DNA of 57,518 nt from a virus (lineage: Duplodnaviria; Caudoviricetes), in the IMG/VR virus record IMGVR_UViG_3300009502_002970, positions 1 through 57,518 of that record. One strand, 5' to 3'. The notes under the pieces are model-generated. The model was not told where the DNA came from, did no database searches, and saw only the letters and a list, made by a program, of their open reading frames with translations. Position numbers and translations under genes: made by a program. Within the stretch, counting starts at the first letter, position 1, and each line of letters begins with the position of its first letter. Below, piece by piece: positions 36,548 to 45,841 of the stretch.

Positions 36548-38728
36548 TCAAAATGGCGGTTCTTCCTGATCTGGCGAGGGTGGAAAAACAATCGGATTTT
36601 CTACAGATTGAACAACCGATTTAACATCTGCCGGCAGATCTGTTCCGGGAAGTGGTTTATACATCACCAACCGTTCAAGGTTCACATCAAGTTCCCCGGG
36701 CCCAAACTTGAACACGAATGCCGAGCTGTTTGAATTATCGAACCTCACCTGATCACTGTGCCCGACATATGACTTATTCCCTTTCATGTAATGAATGATG
36801 GACACCATGTCGATCCCGTTGCGTCCGGTCTGCTGGCGGTGTTTCTCCATGTATAGCGGATGGATCCGGGATAGCCGGATACACAGCAATTTCGTTGGTT
36901 CAGTAAAATCTACATTCTTTAGGTCTCCGCTCTTGAGCGTAACTTTGATTGATTCCAATGTTGATATTTTGAAATCGATATTATTGGCGATGCGGCCCTC
37001 GTCGAGTAGATATTCAACGGTCTGCCAGAACCCGGCCACAGATTCAGAACTTGATACCTGCTTACTTTGATCCGAAAGGTTCTTCTTGATTACCTGGTAC
37101 AGGTATTCATAGGTGAAATTGAACTTCAGCCCTTCAGGTTCCTTTGATATGATCCTGATCGGGGTAAGGATACAGGCATAATTGCGAACCAGTCGTTCAT
37201 CGTATGAAAGTTTCTCGGCTATCAGATCACTCTTGAGTTGTTCTTGAACCTCGGTGAACTCAATCCCAAACTTCTGATCGATCAGAGATCTGAAGTTCAG
37301 AATATCACCCAGCAAGGATGATATCCCGGCCAGCTCATAATCCTTGAGTTTGTTATAAGCATTCATCTCAACCTCTGTGTACGCGTGTTTTTGGAACATC
37401 AGAAGAATGGCCCGGGTGAGCAGCGCGTTATCATCAGCGGTGGGCATATGCTGTCCGCTGATGGCCAGGGATCCGTTGATCTTGGTTGTCTTCGTTCTGT
37501 TATCCTGTGTCATCTTACCCTTTTCCGAGCCGGCGCCATCATAGGCACCCTTGAGGGACTGGAACCTGCGGGGATCAATATCATTGTAATATTCATCCAC
37601 CCAAATCAGGGCATTCTTTACCCGGGCCAGGTTTCGGTCAAAACCTACCTGGGTACCTGAGCTCAGGTTAAAGGTTGGTTTATTATGAAAAAACAGGTTA
37701 CTTAATGACCATGCCAGGGTACTCTTCCCTGACTGAACAGTGCCAAAGAGGAACAGGTGCGGGAAGATCTTGTACTTTTCAAATATGATATCTCTGAACA
37801 CGGTGGCCACAGCATAAGCAATGCCTATCATTCCGTTATCATTGAATGATTCCAACATCAGCTTTGTCCAGGTACCGAAACTTATCGGGGACTGGTTCCA
37901 CACGAAGTACCGGTCGTTCTCGTATTCATCATCATCATCCCGCACGTTCTTGTATATGGATGAGAATGCGGCTGTGAAATACTTCTTGTTTTTAAACTCG
38001 GTAATCCCAAAATCATTCACCGGTTGCCACACGCCATGAAAGATGCCATTGGCGAAAGCATAGAATCCTTCACGCATCCAGCCCAGGGTTCTCAATTCTT
38101 CACATACCGGGAAGTTTATCGATATGTGATCGAGAATTCGCATGTAATGCCCTTTTTGACCATAAAAAAGGAAATCTCCTTTGCAAAAAACGTACTGGCT
38201 GAAGAGTTCCACGCTAAGGAAATTCTTTGAAGGAATTTCCAACACCCGTGTATATCCAAGGTAGTTCACGATCTCCACCAGGCGTTTGTTATCCGTTATT
38301 GAATCAATATGAAATAACGGTTTTATGATGAAATTCGAGCACTTGAAATCATGCTGCGTGGCGGTATAGAACCAATAACAATTATTCAAAATGTACCATC
38401 CTAAAGGATTCTCCTCGTCCGAGTTTTCACCATCTGTTCTTGTCCGGGTAGATTGCACCGACTTCCTTGAATCGGCCAGGAACTTGAGTTGAGTCGCAAA
38501 AGTTTTCTTGGTGATCTTGTATTTCTTGGCCAGGTAATTGATAAATGATTCCCTGGTTCCCGGGCTGGAAAGGTCGAAGAGCATGAGGCAAACCTTGTCA
38601 ACGGCCTCCCCCATTTTGGACGGGCTGTCGTCAACCGATTCAAGGATAATTTCCATTTGTGAAAGGATATTATCATCCGCGCCGACATTGGTATCGATCA
38701 GGGCGATTGTTGGTGGTAGTTCACTCAT
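36548..38728 (-). CDS. Replicative P-loop helicase (primase-associated type) lacking CHC2/TOPRIM domains
   Basis: Walker A GTVQSGKST, Walker B WVDEY, SNFIIKPLFHI, ALLTRAI. Confidence 0.75.
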   Translation of the reverse strand: MSELPPTIALIDTNVGADDNILSQMEIILESVDDSPSKMGEAVDKVCLMLFDLSSPGTRESFINYLAKKYKITKKTFATQLKFLADSRKSVQSTRTRTDGENSDEENPLGWYILNNCYWFYTATQHDFKCSNFIIKPLFHIDSITDNKRLVEIVNYLGYTRVLEIPSKNFLSVELFSQYVFCKGDFLFYGQKGHYMRILDHISINFPVCEELRTLGWMREGFYAFANGIFHGVWQPVNDFGITEFKNKKYFTAAFSSIYKNVRDDDDEYENDRYFVWNQSPISFGTWTKLMLESFNDNGMIGIAYAVATVFRDIIFEKYKIFPHLFLFGTVQSGKSTLAWSLSNLFFHNKPTFNLSSGTQVGFDRNLARVKNALIWVDEYYNDIDPRRFQSLKGAYDGAGSEKGKMTQDNRTKTTKINGSLAISGQHMPTADDNALLTRAILLMFQKHAYTEVEMNAYNKLKDYELAGISSLLGDILNFRSLIDQKFGIEFTEVQEQLKSDLIAEKLSYDERLVRNYACILTPIRIISKEPEGLKFNFTYEYLYQVIKKNLSDQSKQVSSSESVAGFWQTVEYLLDEGRIANNIDFKISTLESIKVTLKSGDLKNVDFTEPTKLLCIRLSRIHPLYMEKHRQQTGRNGIDMVSIIHYMKGNKSYVGHSDQVRFDNSNSSAFVFKFGPGELDVNLERLVMYKPLPGTDLPADVKSVVQSVENPIVFPPSPDQEEPPF

Positions 38729-39113
38729 GACTTTCTTTTTCCTTATCCTTAAGATCCTTTTGCATCGTTTTCTCAACAGCGGATATCACCTCGTCCATCT
38801 TATCCTGAGTTATGAGAAATCGTACTTGTTCGTATGATGACACTCTTGTCATGAGTTCAGCATTCCATGACTCCAACCATGCGCAGCGCTGCTTGAGCTG
38901 GTAGTTTTCCTTGATCACCCAGGCAAGATCCTGCATGTAGTCCCAGGCAAACTTCATGATATCAGAAGTTCGTTTCCAGAACTTCCAGGAGTCATTTTCT
39001 CCCGTCTTAATCTTGTAATTGGTCAACATGGCTTCTACCTCATGTATTCTGTTCATCAATAGTTCCGGGGCGCCTTCATAGATCGTATGTGATATATATT
39101 TCTGCTCGGTCAT
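38721..39113 (-). CDS. Hypothetical coiled-coil protein
   Basis: 130 aa coupled to helicase. Confidence 0.6.
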   Translation of the reverse strand: MTEQKYISHTIYEGAPELLMNRIHEVEAMLTNYKIKTGENDSWKFWKRTSDIMKFAWDYMQDLAWVIKENYQLKQRCAWLESWNAELMTRVSSYEQVRFLITQDKMDEVISAVEKTMQKDLKDKEKESHE

Positions 39114-39114
39114 A

Positions 39115-39336
39115 TTAATCCCCTTCCTGAATTACCAGTTCAGCATTAATGGCCGCGATCAAATCGATGATCCGGCATTGCACTTCAACATTTCCAAGGG
39201 TAGATTCCGCCCAGTCATCCGGGGGAACTGTAAGGATGATCACTGATTTAACCTCAGATATGAGGTAAAAAGCGGATAGGGCCCGCTTGATAATTTTGAG
39301 ATCCTTTGTCCCAAAATTCGAGAATGACTTCGCCAT
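39115..39336 (-). CDS. Hypothetical protein
   Basis: 73 aa operonic. Confidence 0.5.
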   Translation of the reverse strand: MAKSFSNFGTKDLKIIKRALSAFYLISEVKSVIILTVPPDDWAESTLGNVEVQCRIIDLIAAINAELVIQEGD

Positions 39337-39348
39337 GATCCAAATTGT

Positions 39349-39636
39349 TTAGTCAAGAATCCCGGCAATATCCCTTTTGATCTTATCATTCGATGCCTTT
39401 AGCTCTTTAAGATAAGCCACAGCTACTTTCACAATCTCCAGATTCCACCTCTTATCGTCCGGATTTATAACACCATTGATATGCCCTATTGAGTATGTTT
39501 TCATTTCAGGGTGCTGATTTTTAATAATATCCCTGATTTTTCTGCCAGAACCCAACGGGAAGGACCGGAACAAATCGCGGTAAGATTCATTTTGATCAAA
39601 AAACTTTTTCTTAGTCATTGACAATTTTGTTTTCAT
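39349..39636 (-). CDS. Cro-like/HTH early regulator candidate
   Basis: First gene of leftward operon, basic, divergent from repressor-like gene. Confidence 0.5.
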   Translation of the reverse strand: MKTKLSMTKKKFFDQNESYRDLFRSFPLGSGRKIRDIIKNQHPEMKTYSIGHINGVINPDDKRWNLEIVKVAVAYLKELKASNDKIKRDIAGILD

Positions 39637-39779
39637 GTTGTAACTTTGTTTTTAAAATGTGTTAAAATGGTTTATGGATATACACGTAATAAGGCCGCAA
39701 ATATCAATTAATTATTATTGCAAATCAATATTATTTTTGATTACATCATAATTTATATCGATTCTATACAAGTAAAAAA

Positions 39780-40169
39780 ATGCATATGACTACAAAACTG
39801 ATTGGTACGAAGATTTCAGAATTGCTTAAGGAAAAGAAAATTGTCGTAAAAACGCTCTTGAAAAACATGCGGACACAGTTCCCTCATGAACGGGGTTTGA
39901 CCGAAAATGGATTTAAATACTCGTTGGAAAATGACACTGTAAAATCAGGATTACTGGTAAAACTCGCTGATTCACTGGATATGCCATTGGTAGACCTGCT
40001 CCCGGATGAATACATCCTGAGTGCATCTCAGTTAAAAAACAGAATCGAGGAAAATGAGAAGCTCATCGCCCGGGTCCGGGAACTGGAGAATGACAAGGCA
40101 CAGTGCCTGAAAATTATTTCCTTCCTGGAGGAGAAAGTGAAACGACTGGAGCCGGGATCCCCTGGTTAG
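39780..40169 (+). CDS. Repressor-like HTH protein with C-terminal coiled coil
   Basis: IGTKISELLKEK..LVKLADSLDM XRE-like pattern; divergent orientation. Confidence 0.6.
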   Translation: MHMTTKLIGTKISELLKEKKIVVKTLLKNMRTQFPHERGLTENGFKYSLENDTVKSGLLVKLADSLDMPLVDLLPDEYILSASQLKNRIEENEKLIARVRELENDKAQCLKIISFLEEKVKRLEPGSPG

Positions 40170-40195
40170 AAAACCTGATCGAAATTAACTTCATG

Positions 40196-40234
40196 AAAAC
40201 AGCGGAATGCCAATTGGAGTTCCGCTGTTTTTTT
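40196..40234 (+). terminator. Rho-independent terminator
   Basis: aaaacagcggaa/ttccgctgtttt plus T run. Confidence 0.85.
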
Positions 40235-40430
40235 GTAACTGTACATGCTTAAATGTGAATATGTTAACCATACCCTTTCATTATCAACAATTTGGCAATC
40301 ACAATATACTTTGAATAGAATCAATTAATTTTGATCATACTATTAATTATAAGACAAATATGTTTTTCTATATATTTGATATTTAGATAGATATATTTTT
40401 GAAAACCGTCAATACTCCGTATTATTTCCC

Positions 40431-40438
40431 TACATTTG
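40431..40438 (+). promoter_or_regulatory. Bacteroidota -7 promoter element
   Basis: TACATTTG(CA) upstream of 40575. Confidence 0.5.
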
Positions 40439-40574
40439 CAGCTGAATCTTTGTAAAACACTAACAATCAACTAAGAATAACAGGAGAATAACCTCCGTAT
40501 AACCTCCTTTTATTTTATATTTATTTGATATTCTGTATTTTATAAAATGGTTCAAAATCTCTTGATTTTGCCAT

Positions 40575-41192
40575 ATGAAACGAATAGAATTCAAAAATAT
40601 CATCTCTCCAAATGGTCGCAGTATTATCACTGACGAGAATCGTTGGCGGGTCATTATCGGAAGTAAAACTGAAATCTCATTCAAAAACCAAAAATATGCC
40701 ATCGCATTTCAAGCCAGGATCAATGAGGAGTTGAATGACGCCCTGTTTACTTTCAACGATGTTTCAATGGAACTTTACCGTCACTATAAGACCAATTGGT
40801 TCTACTTTAACATGAACCGTGAACAGGTTGACAACGAGAAACAAATCCGGTACGCTTTTTCTGAGGTTGAACGCCTGATGGACAAAGTTGTCATTGAATA
40901 TGAGCCTGGGAGAATGTTTGCGCACATTAAAAACACCTCGGCATATTTAAAAACCATTGCAAAGTGTCTGCAATCATTGCAACGGCACCGGGAAGCCTAT
41001 GCCGAAGTCAGAAGTCTGGAACTTCTTATTGGCAGGGTCAACAATAGCTTTGAGATCGTTGATGGTCTTGGATGGAACCCAGTTCCGCCCGGTGGTGAGA
41101 TTGTTCGTTGTGAGCCAATGCAGCAACTCACTGTGCGGGAGCAATTGAAAACATTGCAGGAAACATTACACAAGAGGAGTCTCAAAGATTAG
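40575..41192 (+). CDS. Hypothetical protein
   Basis: 205 aa ORF; no recombinase catalytic motifs seen. Confidence 0.7.
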   Translation: MKRIEFKNIISPNGRSIITDENRWRVIIGSKTEISFKNQKYAIAFQARINEELNDALFTFNDVSMELYRHYKTNWFYFNMNREQVDNEKQIRYAFSEVERLMDKVVIEYEPGRMFAHIKNTSAYLKTIAKCLQSLQRHREAYAEVRSLELLIGRVNNSFEIVDGLGWNPVPPGGEIVRCEPMQQLTVREQLKTLQETLHKRSLKD

Positions 41193-41635
41193 TGTCATTT
41201 GGTAGCAATCATTGTGTCTTGTGACATAATTTAAGTTTACAAGATACTTGTAAAATTTTCATTATAAAGCGATTCGATGTTCTATAATGTATTATTTGAT
41301 TTTTAAAGTACCGCACACATCATCAACTTGTTTCTTAACCAGGTCATTACTTTTACTTTCAACAATAATCAAATTGGTAGCAAAGGTCGGGGTATTAAAA
41401 GACAAATATGAAATGGTAATTATTATTCCACCGTTTTTGTTTTGAATAACCGTTTTCATTGCTTTATTATACATATGCCAAGTGTTTTCATAAATGTAAA
41501 TTTAGTATTTCTAACTCTAAATTAGTCTTGAAAAACATAATGAACAGCCTAAACAGTAATGAGAACCTTGTTCAAAGTCTTAGTATGAATTATTTTATTT
41601 CGAATCCAAACCTTGCTAACCTTCCTGCATATATC

Positions 41636-42154
41636 CTACTTTTTATCAAACTTTGGAGATAGAAAAATCCAAGAAAATCCCCCACCTATAAGTCCAAGGC
41701 CTATTCCGACAGCATCCATTAGCCACCCTTCATCATTCAACGATAATAATTTAAGCACTACCGTAGCAATTAGTGCAAATAATAGAGCGCATAAGACAGA
41801 TACTATTATTAGGGGTAAGCAACCATAATTTTCTGACTCATCATTGTCAGCCATTAGAAATCCTGGGAAAAACCCACCAATAAATATCCATAAACAACTA
41901 ATTACCATTCCTAATAAAAAATTAGGATTTGAAGGTGGTGTCAAATTACCAGTATTAATGAACCCATAAATGCAAATAGCACCAGTTAATAACATCCATT
42001 CAAAAGCAACAATAACACTAGAATAAATACCAAAACGAAAATGTTTATAAAAACCTGCTATTGTTATTTTATCTTTTTTAACCAATTTTCCTTTTTCTAC
42101 AGAAATATTAGCACTATTACCCTGTTGAGTTTTGTTATCATTATTATGCTTCAT
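41636..42154 (-). CDS. Four-TM membrane protein
   Basis: Four hydrophobic helices; AT-rich DNA. Confidence 0.7.
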   Translation of the reverse strand: MKHNNDNKTQQGNSANISVEKGKLVKKDKITIAGFYKHFRFGIYSSVIVAFEWMLLTGAICIYGFINTGNLTPPSNPNFLLGMVISCLWIFIGGFFPGFLMADNDESENYGCLPLIIVSVLCALLFALIATVVLKLLSLNDEGWLMDAVGIGLGLIGGGFSWIFLSPKFDKK

Positions 42155-42246
42155 AAAAGTTCATTTTGTTGATATTGATCTAACTAAAAAAAAATTAAGT
42201 TTATTCCTATTATTCTTATAATCAAATTTGAAATTCACAATATTTT

Positions 42247-42894
42247 TTATTTGAACAATTTATTAATAATCGGGCTAACTCCTACCATTGCAAAAAAAGT
42301 AAACACATATCCACGCATAGACTTATAGGGAACAAAACTTGCAGCTAAAATCCCTACTACAATAAAAATTGCAGCATAGATCAGATAAGATGGGACTTCA
42401 GATGTGTCATTAAAATGCTCCTCTTTTTCTGTTTTTATACTTTGATATTCTGCATCTTCAATTTGCGTTAGCAATTCCTCCTTTTTTGAAACAGTAATTA
42501 ATCCTCGTTGTTCCCTTATGGTCAATGCTGCTTCAACATATGCCAATTGATAATTTTTATAGGAGTAAATAATTTCTAATAACTCTTCGTCAGAATTCTT
42601 TTCTAGTTGTTCAATAAAAAGAGTAACATCACTTTGTCGTTTTATCCTTTCGTTTCTGATATAATCCTCTTTTTCGTAATCAATTTCCTCCTCCTCCGGT
42701 ACTACGGAACCATTTGTTGATTTAATATTGAAAGTTTTTGGCAAAGATTTTCTTTCAATTAAAATCTCTTCAACAATTTCTATTTCTTCTATAGCCCCCT
42801 TGTTTGATCCAAAAATCTCCAACAATGTTTGAGTTGATTTTTCAACATAAGCGTTATAAATTCTCTGCTGATCATCTGTGTAATCTTTTTTCAT
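42247..42894 (-). CDS. Acidic protein with two C-terminal TM helices
   Basis: KNSDEELLEII..Y...EAA motif, hydrophobic C-terminus. Confidence 0.7.
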   Translation of the reverse strand: MKKDYTDDQQRIYNAYVEKSTQTLLEIFGSNKGAIEEIEIVEEILIERKSLPKTFNIKSTNGSVVPEEEEIDYEKEDYIRNERIKRQSDVTLFIEQLEKNSDEELLEIIYSYKNYQLAYVEAALTIREQRGLITVSKKEELLTQIEDAEYQSIKTEKEEHFNDTSEVPSYLIYAAIFIVVGILAASFVPYKSMRGYVFTFFAMVGVSPIINKLFK

Positions 42895-43115
42895 ATGATT
42901 TATAAGGTTAAAGCAACATGAAAACGACCAATTATCAAATCCAAAATATCTGACAAAATAGGAGCTAGATAATAACTAAGTAAAAATAAAATTAAATTTT
43001 AAATGAATGACAAAAAATTTAAAATTTTCATAGTATATTAATATTTAATGATTTAGTTATCTAAGACAGGTAAAATGGTGTCAGTCCAAATTTTTGTCAA
43101 TAGGGAAATTTTACC

Positions 43116-43385
43116 TTATTCGAGTGTCGATTCTTTTTGTTCTGCTATTTTTAAAGGTGTCGATCTATAAATCATTTCATTTTTGGCTGCAGTTTCTTTA
43201 TTCCCATCATAAAAAAACTTGGTAACCAGGACAACAATAACGGTCATGGTGTCAAACAAACTTCTGGCTAAATCTTTATTTTCTGCCGGAACTACCTTAA
43301 ACAGAATACAACCGATCAGGGTGAAATATCCCAGATAGATCACCACTGCTAGGCAATACCCGAATATCTCTCTTGCCTGTTTCAT
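43116..43385 (-). CDS. Holin-like two-TM protein
   Basis: 89 aa, two TM helices, charged C-terminal tail, last gene of late operon. Confidence 0.55.
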   Translation of the reverse strand: MKQAREIFGYCLAVVIYLGYFTLIGCILFKVVPAENKDLARSLFDTMTVIVVLVTKFFYDGNKETAAKNEMIYRSTPLKIAEQKESTLE

Positions 43386-43801
43386 TATTTTTGGGATATT
43401 TTTTTGTGAAAATTAGGGATCAAGGATGCTTTTAATTTCCCGGCCAGCAGGGTTGAACTGTAAATCGTATTCATCAAAGTATAAATAGATAAATACGACT
43501 GTTGAATTTCTTCAATAGTATAGATTGTATCAGTTCCGACAATGCGCCTTTTGTTCAGGTAAAACTTTGAATTGCTTCCCCTTGTAGAAAAATAATCAGG
43601 GACCGAAACAGTATCGTTTTTCATGCTGTCAACGGCCTGCGTGAGAATCATACCTGCCGGCCAGGTATATGTAAGGTGGGTGGTAAGACCATCCACCTGT
43701 AATACCGTATCGGCCACAATGGGAGGTTTTAACATTGTTTTTTGAGCCATAACAGAAATGGCCAGAGAAATGAATACGAGTAAAAAAATTGATTTTTTCA
43801 T
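43385..43801 (-). CDS. Secreted hypothetical protein; paralogue of 1-417
   Basis: Signal peptide ..ISVMA-Q; both 138 aa. Confidence 0.8.
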   Translation of the reverse strand: MKKSIFLLVFISLAISVMAQKTMLKPPIVADTVLQVDGLTTHLTYTWPAGMILTQAVDSMKNDTVSVPDYFSTRGSNSKFYLNKRRIVGTDTIYTIEEIQQSYLSIYTLMNTIYSSTLLAGKLKASLIPNFHKKISQK

Positions 43802-43810
43802 AAATTGGAT

Positions 43811-44416
43811 TTAAAAAGGTGAGGAAAAAAATAAATATTTTTTTGTTGTTGGAGAAATACCATAAACATAAAAGAATAAATCACTTCCCATATATTCCCA
43901 TGTGGAGATATTATTTTGATAGAACCCAACATTTCCAGGATGGACTGTGCCGTCTGTAGTGCCACCGGGAGAGGGACTTGGATTGGAATTATAATTCCAA
44001 ACAAGGCTTAACAGGTAATTACCAACAGGCAATGTTGCTTGATCAGCTCCATTAAATGTTAAATTAATTATCTGAAAAGTGTAATTACTTGTCAAAGTTG
44101 TTAAAGGTATCGTTGATGAAAGAGCAAGCGGGCTACCGGTTCCAGTACAATTAACTCCGTATGTTCCTGTAGTTGCATAAATTGCATATTGAATGGGATT
44201 TGAATTAGTTCCATAAACATATCGCAATTTTAAAGAAGCACTTGTTATGGTAATGGGAGTTGAAACATGAAAACATTGTCCCATGTTTGTTCTGTCTATG
44301 TCTATGCCTACAGTCCAGGCAGAAGTAATTGAAGCGGGATTATAATAATCCACTGTAATTTGTCCAAAAGAAAGACCGGTAATTAAAATGAAGATTGATA
44401 TTAAAAAGTATCTCAT
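43811..44416 (-). CDS. Secreted beta-rich putative receptor-binding accessory protein
   Basis: MRYFLISIFILITGLSFG-Q; occupies the slot of 428-1513 but is not alignable except for C-terminal FFSSPF. Confidence 0.65.
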   Translation of the reverse strand: MRYFLISIFILITGLSFGQITVDYYNPASITSAWTVGIDIDRTNMGQCFHVSTPITITSASLKLRYVYGTNSNPIQYAIYATTGTYGVNCTGTGSPLALSSTIPLTTLTSNYTFQIINLTFNGADQATLPVGNYLLSLVWNYNSNPSPSPGGTTDGTVHPGNVGFYQNNISTWEYMGSDLFFYVYGISPTTKKYLFFSSPF

Positions 44417-44417
44417 A

Positions 44418-45473
44418 TTATCTGAAATCGGCTCCTTGACCGGCAATATAATTTGTACCATCAAATTTCAGCCACATACAATCAATCCCTGTTGCCGTGT
44501 TTGTCCATGTCGGGGCCGTTCCTCCCTGCCATTTTATTGTAGGTGAAAATGCCAATGTATAAACAGTGGTGCTGGATTCATGGGTAAAAATAAAAGTGTA
44601 TGATGTGCCTTTTTTTGCACCGATAAGCATAACAGTACAATTGGCATTACGTGTGGCTGTATGAGTATTTGCCTGGGAAAGGTAAAAGCTGATGGCAGTT
44701 CCTGTATTGCCATAATCTTTTTGATTTGGGGAAATGGTGCTGTCGGAAGTAAGAGCTGTTACTTTAATTTTTCCTGCCGTGACAAACGCTGTTGATCCCG
44801 CCCATGACGCCCACGGAGTGCCGGTAAGATACCCAAGTGAAGTCCATGGGGTACCAGTAACATAACCCATGCCGGTCCATGGGGTGCCGGTGACATAGCC
44901 CATGGCAGTCCAGGGGGTAGTCAATGAAAATGAGTATGCGGAATTTGCATTGGCGCTGGATCCTCCTGACCATGTGACGGACCCACTTGGTGTTGAAATA
45001 TTTCCCAAAACACTTACACCGGTTGAAACAATCAATGGTATCGGGTTGCCGGTGGCCGAATCTATTGGTGTGATTTTATTAACATGCATTTCAGCAATAC
45101 CGCCACCTACCGCCACATTTCCACCATCACTGTAAATAACATTACTGGAAGGGTCGAATAGCATGATAGAAACCTTGGTAGGCTTTAATCCGTCCGCAAG
45201 CTGACGGATGCCTGGATAGGCCCATTTGTCATTGTAGTTGGTTGCAATGATCGTATTTTGGTTGATGTGCGTGTTATATTTCCTACGGAATGGAGAGCAG
45301 TAGAAAATGTTGTTTAAGGCAAATGAATCCTGAGCGCTTTGGAAGTTTGACAAGGATCCTCCGGATGTGAAACTAATTTGTCTGAACAGGTGATCCTGTC
45401 CGGCTGTCAGACCATTCTGGGCGGTTAAAAACAACGGCAACAGAGCGAAATAAAACAAAAGAAACTTTTTCAT
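44418..45473 (-). CDS. Tail fibre-like protein with Sec signal peptide
   Basis: MKKFLLFYFALLPLFLTA-Q; shares LADGLKPT..LFDPSSNVIYSDGGNV and C-terminal domain with 1513-2805. Confidence 0.7.
   Translation of the reverse strand: MKKFLLFYFALLPLFLTAQNGLTAGQDHLFRQISFTSGGSLSNFQSAQDSFALNNIFYCSPFRRKYNTHINQNTIIATNYNDKWAYPGIRQLADGLKPTKVSIMLFDPSSNVIYSDGGNVAVGGGIAEMHVNKITPIDSATGNPIPLIVSTGVSVLGNISTPSGSVTWSGGSSANANSAYSFSLTTPWTAMGYVTGTPWTGMGYVTGTPWTSLGYLTGTPWASWAGSTAFVTAGKIKVTALTSDSTISPNQKDYGNTGTAISFYLSQANTHTATRNANCTVMLIGAKKGTSYTFIFTHESSTTVYTLAFSPTIKWQGGTAPTWTNTATGIDCMWLKFDGTNYIAGQGADFR
44811..44918 (-). repeat. In-frame 33-nt (11 aa) tandem repeat
   Basis: TPWTAMGYVTG-TPWTGMGYVTG-TPWTSLGYLTG-TPW. Confidence 0.85.
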
Positions 45474-45482
45474 AGGTTGGAA

Positions 45483-45830
45483 TTAATAAGGGGTTGAAAT
45501 TGCTGTGATGGTTGCTGCGATAAGGGTGGTGATGGTGATTTTAGTTGCGGTTTTGGCGACCAGGGCAATTTCAACCGGGTTTCCGGCTGAATCGAACCCA
45601 TTAACCGTGTAGGCATAATTCGTATTCAAATATGCAGAACTCCATACAAGGTCACAACTTGTATTTGCGGTGGCGCTGGCATGAGCAGAGCGCATAAAGC
45701 CGGCCTGAGCATCGATATAATCGATGATGGCATTTTCTAAAACCTCATGTTCGCTATCTAAAATCAACTGACCTGAAGGGCGGCCGGTCAGAGTGGAATG
45801 GACTAAGGCTTTTAACTGTGTGGATGTCAT
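45483..45830 (-). CDS. Small tail-tip adaptor-like protein (unit 2)
   Basis: MTSTQLKAL start matches unit 1 MTSTELKAL. Confidence 0.6.
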   Translation of the reverse strand: MTSTQLKALVHSTLTGRPSGQLILDSEHEVLENAIIDYIDAQAGFMRSAHASATANTSCDLVWSSAYLNTNYAYTVNGFDSAGNPVEIALVAKTATKITITTLIAATITAISTPY

Positions 45831-45841
45831 AATTTCAAAAT

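Larger units (their letters stand above)
1..41192 (-). mobile_element. Prophage-like unit 1 (Bacteroidota tailed phage; left end outside window, right end approximate)
   Basis: Colinear terminase, portal, S49 protease, capsid, tape measure, helicase and repressor-like genes; Bacteroidota-type TAnnTTTG promoter elements and signal peptides with Gln at +1. Confidence 0.9.

Noticed and set aside
36319-36591. 90 aa ORF over the origin-like repeats
   Set aside because: Low-complexity translation of the repeat region; more plausibly non-coding
39723-39742. AATCAA-N8-TTGATT operator
   Set aside because: Single AT-rich palindrome; the similar site near 40319 has different spacing, so support is insufficient
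40548-40561. tRNA T-arm-like ggttcaaaatctc as an att remnant
   Set aside because: No cloverleaf and no second copy found
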